A DNA stretch of 124,000 nt, taken from assembly GCF_000400465.1 (NCBI RefSeq), contig NW_008806282.1, positions 144,001-268,000 on the forward strand. Reading direction: 5' to 3'. Within the stretch, counting starts at the first letter, position 1. Every line of letters begins with the position of its first letter. The translations under genes and the position numbers were made by a program. This stretch comes from Wallemia ichthyophaga EXF-994. Lineage: Eukaryota > Fungi > Basidiomycota. Below the pieces are notes generated by a model. The model made no database searches. It was not told where the DNA came from and worked only from the letters and a program-made list of their open reading frames with translations. Below, piece by piece: positions 117,094-124,000 of this stretch.

Positions 117094-118777
117094 ATGAATT
117101 TGTCTTCAATGATCAATACAGACGAGCCACAAGCTAGCGCTGAAGGAAGTATACCAGCTGCACCGCAATCACAACACCCTGCATATCCTTACCCACAACC
117201 ACACCCTCAATCGCATCCACATTCTCACCCTCATTCGCTAATTGCTAGCCACGCGCTAACGCATCCTCAATCTCAGGGCTCTGAGCAGCCATCAGTACTA
117301 CCTTCCGTGTTGCAGCAGCCACACTCACAACCACGACAACCACTGCCTCAACCGCATCAGCTTTACAAAGGACTTGAGAAACCACACGATCATCCATCGC
117401 TCAATTGCTGGGAGCTGCCTTACATCTGGGCTGCAATTACGCGATTTATACCCATAGTACAACATGAGCTTCTAGACGGTGTCAGAGAGTAAGTTAGCTA
117501 CTTTTTCGATGATAAGGTATTCAATTTGCTTGTTTAGGCTGGAGGAAGCTTTGACTGCTTCGCCTGGTACTGTACATCCAACTGTTCACTTGGTTATGGA
117601 GCACATAGTCAGAATCTTTAAGCCAAAAATGTCGAATACTGAGTGAGTCGCTTGGGTTAGGTACTGAGGTAGCTGCTGATTTATTCATTAGTCCTGATGC
117701 GCTCGCCAAGCAAATTCAGTTACAGCTTTCTGATATCAAGCATTGGCCGGAGGAAGTAGTTGACCAGCCATCAGGCGCTGTCGTGGAAGACAGACCACTG
117801 AAAGATGGGAAATCATTTTGGGAAGCTGGGTGGAGGGAGAAGGTGGGTGTGATATGTTATTTGCACAATTCTAATATCAAATTAAGGTTTCTGTTATGAG
117901 ACATCTGGTTGATTTGTCGCTCTCAACACCTCAGATAAAGGACATGATAGAGAAAAACTACAGAGTATCTACAGTAGAAAGGCACAGGAAACGTCGTGAT
118001 GATCCCAAAGATAACGCTTTAGTTCTACCACCAGTAGGTGAAGACAGTAAAAGACAGAGACTTTGGGTTCTAGACGACAACCCAAGGGTGTACATATCTG
118101 GTAACCCATGGAAGAAGTCAACGACAATGACTGCTGTTACTGATACTATGGAGGATGTCGTCGCTTTGGCCAACAGTTACGCAATGTCTTCTTATCAGTC
118201 TGAAATGAAAGCCATGGAAGTTGCACAGACTGACAAATCACTGTGGAAACAACTGATGAATAACGCTAAAAAGGAGAGAGATCTGGCTGAATCATTAGCT
118301 GGGCAGCGCCAAGGTGCGTTCCTGCGCCGATGTGAAGCAGAGGAATCTAGGATTGCTCCAATGAAAAGAAGAAGGAAAGAGGAAGCAGAGGAATCAGAAA
118401 AGCACCTGTCTCAACACCCAGAAGAACGAAGGAATGTTGGTTATGGAGATGGTGAACAAACGCTGAAAAAGGAGTACGAAGATCCTCGTAGGGAAGATAG
118501 GGAAGATAGGGAAGATAATCACATCGATATAAAGAAAGAAGAATTTGCAATTGTGAGTCCTGCATTTACTTTATGTGAATAGTGATTAACAATACTTAAG
118601 CGAGATAAAGATGATGACGGACGGGAGCCAGAAGTGGAAGAGCCAGATGGAAGAAGGTCAAGGAGACAAACACATAATCGATCACAGACACCGTCAAAGC
118701 AAGGAACGCCATCAGACAAGTCGACGCGTTCTTCATCACGCTTAAATACCAACCAAGATGTGAGAATGGAAGAATGA
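117094..118777 (+). CDS. DDT/WHIM1-like chromatin protein (start uncertain)
   Basis: CWELPYIWAAITRF, FW..GWREK.SVMRHLVD.SL, P.GEDSKRQRLWVLDDNPRVY.SGNPWK. Confidence 0.65.
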
Positions 118778-118898
118778 GCATGTAAATTTTGATATAAATT
118801 GATTTGAATACGCCTTCGCTTGGAGTTTGTTTCCTCACCTTTGCCATTGGTTTTAATAGATCTTCAACTCGCACCCTCGCACCACAAGCAAGTTAAAA

Positions 118899-120231
118899 AT
118901 GTTACCAAGAGTATTCATTGACTGGAATATCGACGGCGAATACGCTGGTAGATTGATATTTGAATTATACAGCGACAAAGTACCAAAGACGGCCGAGAAC
119001 TTCAAATCCCTCTGTACGGGTGAGAGAGGATCAGATGAGGCTACAGGTGGGTTACGATGCTCGAATGAATCTACAAGGCTTATGCTGGTGTACAGGAAAC
119101 AGCCTCACCTACAAGAACTCCATCTCTCACCGCATAATCAAAGGTTTCATGATACAGTTTGGTGATATCACAAATGGAAACGGTACGGGTGGTTTGTCCA
119201 TCTATGGAGGTAAATTCGAGGATGAGAACTTTGATCTTAAGCATACGAAGCGCGGTCAATTGTCCATGGCTAATGCAGGTCCCGACACAGTGAGTTCGGT
119301 GTCAGTTTCTTTATGATCTAGACTTAAGGTTATTTAGAATGGATCTCAAGTGTTTGTTACTTTTTGCCCCTGCCCGCATTTAGATGGAAGGTGTGTTTGT
119401 TACACTGGTACGCTTTCACAATAGTCTAAACATATACACGCAGACATGTCGTTTTCGGTGAACTTGCTAAAGGCAAAGGATTGCTGCGTAGAGTGAGCTA
119501 CTTATAAGTTGACTAGTGTTTCGCTAAACCTCAATTTAGCTCGAAAATACACAAACTGTTGACAACGACTTCCCTGCCGTCGACGTGCGTATCGTTGATT
119601 CAGGTTTAGTCCGAGAGGGAGAGGATGACGGTGTACCTCCACTCTCAATTGGTGATCATGAGGTAGGCTCATTTAAACATTCGATATGCTGCTAACCGTT
119701 ACAAAGGATTACCCTGAAGACGATGACGCAGAGACTGAGAAGCCAGAAGTAGCGTTGGAGATAGCTCAATCAATTAAAGACAAGGGAGCTCAATGCTTCA
119801 AGCAGCAGGACGTTGAAGGAGCTTTAGATCAATGGGAGAAAGCTATAAGATACCTTGACGTTAATCCAGTTTTGCCCGAGGAAACTGCGAACGTTACCAA
119901 AGCATTATACTCAACAACGAGAGTACAATTATACTTGAACGCTTCTTTAGCCGCTCTCAAGTTAAACAAAGCGCCTGTAGCCGAGTCAATGGCAACGAAA
120001 GCTATCAGAGTACCACCAACTAAGAGTCAAGACATAGCCAAGGGTTTGTACAGGAGAGCGCTTGCAAAATCAGCACGTAAGAATGATGCCGGTGCTCTTG
120101 ACGATCTCCATTACGCAATCAAAGTCGAACCTCAAGACAAAAACATACATAGCCAAATAGCTACCCTCGAAAAGAAGGTGGAGGGCTTCAAATTGAAAGA
120201 AAAACAAGTTTACAGTAAAATGTTTGAATAA
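118899..120231 (+). CDS. CPR6: Cyclophilin-40 (PPIase + TPR)
   Basis: [57 protein letters not shown] with KGLYRRALA; many introns. Confidence 0.92.
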
Positions 120232-120410
120232 ATGTTTGTTATCTGCCTTTTGAAATTATGGAGACCACGACGGATAAGCATTCTGACTGTATATGTAGAG
120301 AATGACTTCTCTCTTTATAAAAGACTTGAAAAAAACCCTATGAAATGTAGGCTTTGCATTTGAGTTCCACTCACTCGTTTTCTAACCTCGACCACCAACC
120401 AAATATCTCA

Positions 120411-123069
120411 ATGAGCGGTTATTACGATAACAGAGGCGGAAGTAGACGAGGCGGAAGAGACGGAGGGAGTAGAGGTGGTTACCAAAAGCGTAATTTCTAT
120501 AGGGATGATCACGTCGAACCTCAAAGAGATACTCGCTGGGAGAAGCTTGAATCTCGCATAAAGAACCTCGCAGAAGATGATGTACGTAAGGGCTAGTTTG
120601 TTAAATATCTCATAACATATCTTAGGGATTTGAAATAGAATCTGATCTACCAAGATTAGCTAGAGCTATTCAAGCCGCGTTTGAATACTACGAAGATGTG
120701 ATCCCAGATACAATTTACAAGTTTTTTACACAACAACCCCACAAATCTCAGTTATATGCATCGCTGGTCTTACTTTTGTCTATTTCATTTGACAACCAAG
120801 ATAATCAAGACGCTGGAATTGTTGGTCAGAAAGTACTCGACCACTGTTTGATTAGATGGAAGGATGCCTTGGAAAGTAGAAGATGGATGGAAATGAGAAT
120901 TGGCACTAACTTCTTTGCCAACTTGGTTCCTGCTCTTATTTCACCTGAATCGTTCTATGAGACTATTAACACGTTCGTCAAAGTGCTAGAGGAGCCAGGC
121001 GTATCATCGCTTCGAGCCGAAAGAGCGATTGAGTGTGCATCCGAAGCACTTATATACGCTAGCAGCTTCCTCACAACTCAATCAAAAGAAAGATACGAAG
121101 GTTTCGTAAACAGAATAGAGCAGTATGTTCAAAATGAAGAGATAAATGACACGAGACTGTTGCTCTACCCATGGGTCAATCTACCAAAAAATAACAGCAG
121201 GAACAAGGTTGACAATTGTGTCGATCCAATTCAAATTTATATCAAGACTTTACGTTCTCTTTCCGAGTCAGAATTTAAAGATCCTAAGCTACCTTTGTTT
121301 GATATAGAAGAGGTTTTACCAACTGTCCGAGAAGTTGATCCTGCATTACGCACAGAATTACCCAGCTTGTTGGTACCAGCTGACGATTATAATACTACCT
121401 CAAGGCCCAACAGTGAACTTTCTAGATGGAAGTTACATATTATCGAAGATGACACAGTCCCTTCACCTGACTCTGGAGATGGCGTCATTGTTTACTCCGT
121501 CCTCAGAGATATGATTACGCTATACAATAGAAATAGGATCGACTGCGCAAAAATATTGATGGACGTGCCTACATTCTTTCAAGGTAATCTTTTCAATGTT
121601 GATGGGTATAGTTTGGAGTCTACCCTTGTTTCAACAATTTTGAGCGAGTTACTCACCCTTCCTGAGCCCAAACATCCCAAACTTTATTACTCTAGTCTTA
121701 TTACTGAGCTATGTAAGCTAAGTCCAAAGACCGTTGCTCCAGCTCTTGGTAGATCCATACGCAAAATATATGGCTTCATCGGTGAGGGCTTGGATGTAGA
121801 GATCATAATGCGATTCAGCGAGTGGTTTGCAACTCATCTGTCCAACTTTGGCTTCAATTGGGTGTGGAAAGAATGGTGGGTTGCTACACGTAATGAAATA
121901 AATCCTCTAACCATGACAAAAGGATACCTGATTTAGACTTACCTGACAATCATCCAAAGAGGATGTTTATCAAAAGGGTGATTGAATTGGAGATTCGTTT
122001 GAGCTATTTCGATAGGATTAATCAAACACTTCCCGAGGCACTCCTCAACAAGGCTGGTATGGTGGTATCTCCAATGCCAAACTTCATCTACGCGAACGAA
122101 GAGCATCCATATAATGCAACAACAACGAGTGTTATGGATTCAATGAGAAACAAGATAACGTCAGATGCCATGATAAAGAATATCGTCAAAATCGAAGAAG
122201 ATTTGAAAGAGAATCCATCATTACCACAAAGCGGAAACTCTGCTAAGAAGGTTGCTAGAGATATAGCCACGCAGTGTTTATTAAATGTTGGCTCGAGATC
122301 TTTCTCTCACTTTCTCAATGTGATTGAGAAGTACATTGAAGTCATAAAATATCTCACTGCTGATAAAGATTCCCGTATCGATTTGCTGAGATCTGTTGGT
122401 AGGTTTTGGGTAAGAAACAGTCAAATGAAGAAGATAATAGTGGACAAATTGCTTCAATACAGACTGATTGAACCAACTGATGTTGTTCAATGGTTATTCA
122501 ATCCAAACGATCCAGAATTCCCTTCGGAAGTTGATGACACCGTGTATCAAATAGGATGGTCAGATTTAAACTTTGGAGATTTATTAAAAACCGCTCTCAA
122601 CAAGGTCAACACCAGAGTAAATCAACAATATCAAAAGTTAGTTGAAACGAAGAAAAATGATGAGGAAGTCGCATCGATTGCTAAAGCGCGTAACATGGAG
122701 ATAGACAATGAAGATGAGACTACTAAGGAAGAAGAAAGAAGAGATTACTCACAGCTGCAATTAACGTTTGACAATCTCAACAGAGAGCAAAGAGAATGTT
122801 TCGTCTTGCTTGTTCAAGCATTTGTTGAAGCGTTAGAAGGTGTCGACAGTATTTCTGACAAGAGTATAGAAGAGTATACAGATCAAGATTGGGACAAGTG
122901 GTTATCTTGGTCATGGTACCAAGCTTTCTTGAGAGAATATTGGCCATCTATCTCCGAAACTGTGGAGACCATTCAGGTACTATCGTTCAATTCTCTAACA
123001 GACAAAGAAAACGACCCTCGCTGGCAATTGTGGAAATCTGCCCTTGCCTTGTCGAACAGATGCAATTGA
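120411..123069 (+). CDS. STO1: Nuclear cap-binding complex large subunit (CBP80)
   Basis: MIF4G-like helices, QPHKSQLYA, PALGRSIRKIY, RFSEWFATHLSNFGFNWVWKEW, EIRLSYFDRI, KLLQYRLI. Confidence 0.95.
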
Positions 123070-123269
123070 TGCTTCTTAAATAAATCTATTAAATTTAAAA
123101 TCCATGCTTTTTTGTTATTCAAATTAAAAGCTGAAGTTTTGCAGGTCATAAGTAAGGTCATTTGACTCACATATGATTAGAAAAGGGTACCTGTTTCGCA
123201 ATCGTTTCTAAGAATTGAGCGACTGCGTCTCGCTTCATTGAAAACCTCAACCCAATACAACAGAGTATG

Positions 123270-124000
123270 AGCCACGTACACTCAATAGCAAAGGAAGGAT
123301 TCGGTCCCAACTCAAACTTGTACGATGAGCATCGTCCCAGCTATTCAGAAGAAGCGGTATCCGAGGTAAGTCGGACGGGGTGGTTGTGTACTTAACCAAC
123401 GATGTGCAGATCATTAGAAATATCCCCAATAAGCCAGCTAGAGTGTTAGAATTAGGAAGTGGAACCGGAATTTTCACAAGAGCGCTTTTAAGTCATACAA
123501 CTACTGAGATTCAAAGTTTGATAGCAGCCGAACCGAGTGAAGACATGAGAAAGACCTGTGCTGATAGCTTAAACAATGACATTGTTAAAGGACGAGAAGT
123601 CGAAGTCATTGAAGGCACTTTTGAACACATAGAGGCAGAGGACGACTTATTCGACATCGTGATCATAGCTCAAGCTTATCATTGGTGTGCAGACTATGAC
123701 AAGTCTTTGAAAGAGCTCAAAAGAGTTATGAAGCCTCACGGTAAACTAGCCCTTACGTGGAACATGGAAGACAAATATAATAAGAAATGGGTTGCAAATG
123801 CGAGAAACATATATGAGAAGTATGATGTTGGCACACCGCAATACAGATTAGGGGAATGGAAAGCTCTTTTTGATACAGACGCTTACAGATCTTATTACAA
123901 AGGAGTTGATTATAACAAGTACCTTAGGCATCTTCCACTATCCTTACAAGGATACAAAGATAGGCAAAGCACGAAATCTTTCATCAACATCCTTCCTATC
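123270..124000 (+). CDS. SAM-dependent methyltransferase (type 11), truncated by window end
   Basis: GFG...YDEHRPSY, VLELGSGTGIFT, AQAYHW, RVMKPHG.L..TWN; one intron near 123365-123409. Confidence 0.9.

Noticed and set aside
116787-117137. Cys-rich 116-aa ORF upstream of the WHIM-like gene
   Set aside because: No recognisable motif pattern, starts inside probable UTR or intron sequence, and overlaps the better-supported frame.

Overview
Gene-dense eukaryotic chromosomal DNA from a fungus. About 70 protein-coding genes are interrupted by many short (about 45-60 nt) GT-AG introns, often with GTGAGT/GTGGGT donors and CTAAC-like branch points, and intergenic gaps are often under 100 bp. Protein motifs (Cryptococcus-type histone H3 tail insertion, Rra1-type pH sensor, TKL kinase) point to a basidiomycete. 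The compact layout suggests a Wallemia-like genome, but this taxonomic assignment is inference. Content is mostly housekeeping: a divergent H3/H4 pair, ribosome biogenesis (RRP15, KRI1, PWP2), DNA replication/repair (RAD5, DPB2, Sld7-like, YTA7), amino-acid metabolism (ARG2, STR2, ASN, LEU1), polyol/glycerol metabolism (DAK, XDH, two aldo-keto reductases, PDC), trafficking (SEC23, SYN8, SEC14, BST1) and mitochondrial proteins. I found no transposon, CRISPR array, rRNA or convincing tRNA by eye. The most notable items are an unannotated-looking Pex8-like protein ending in a PTS1 (-SRL), an NDT80-family factor plus HEI10 (meiotic toolkit), head-to-head genes with start codons only 25-30 bp apart, a probable decayed paralog of an orphan gene, and several intron-fragmented genes that the ORF track misses. 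Exon boundaries were read by eye and are approximate. All homology calls come from recalled motifs, not database searches.
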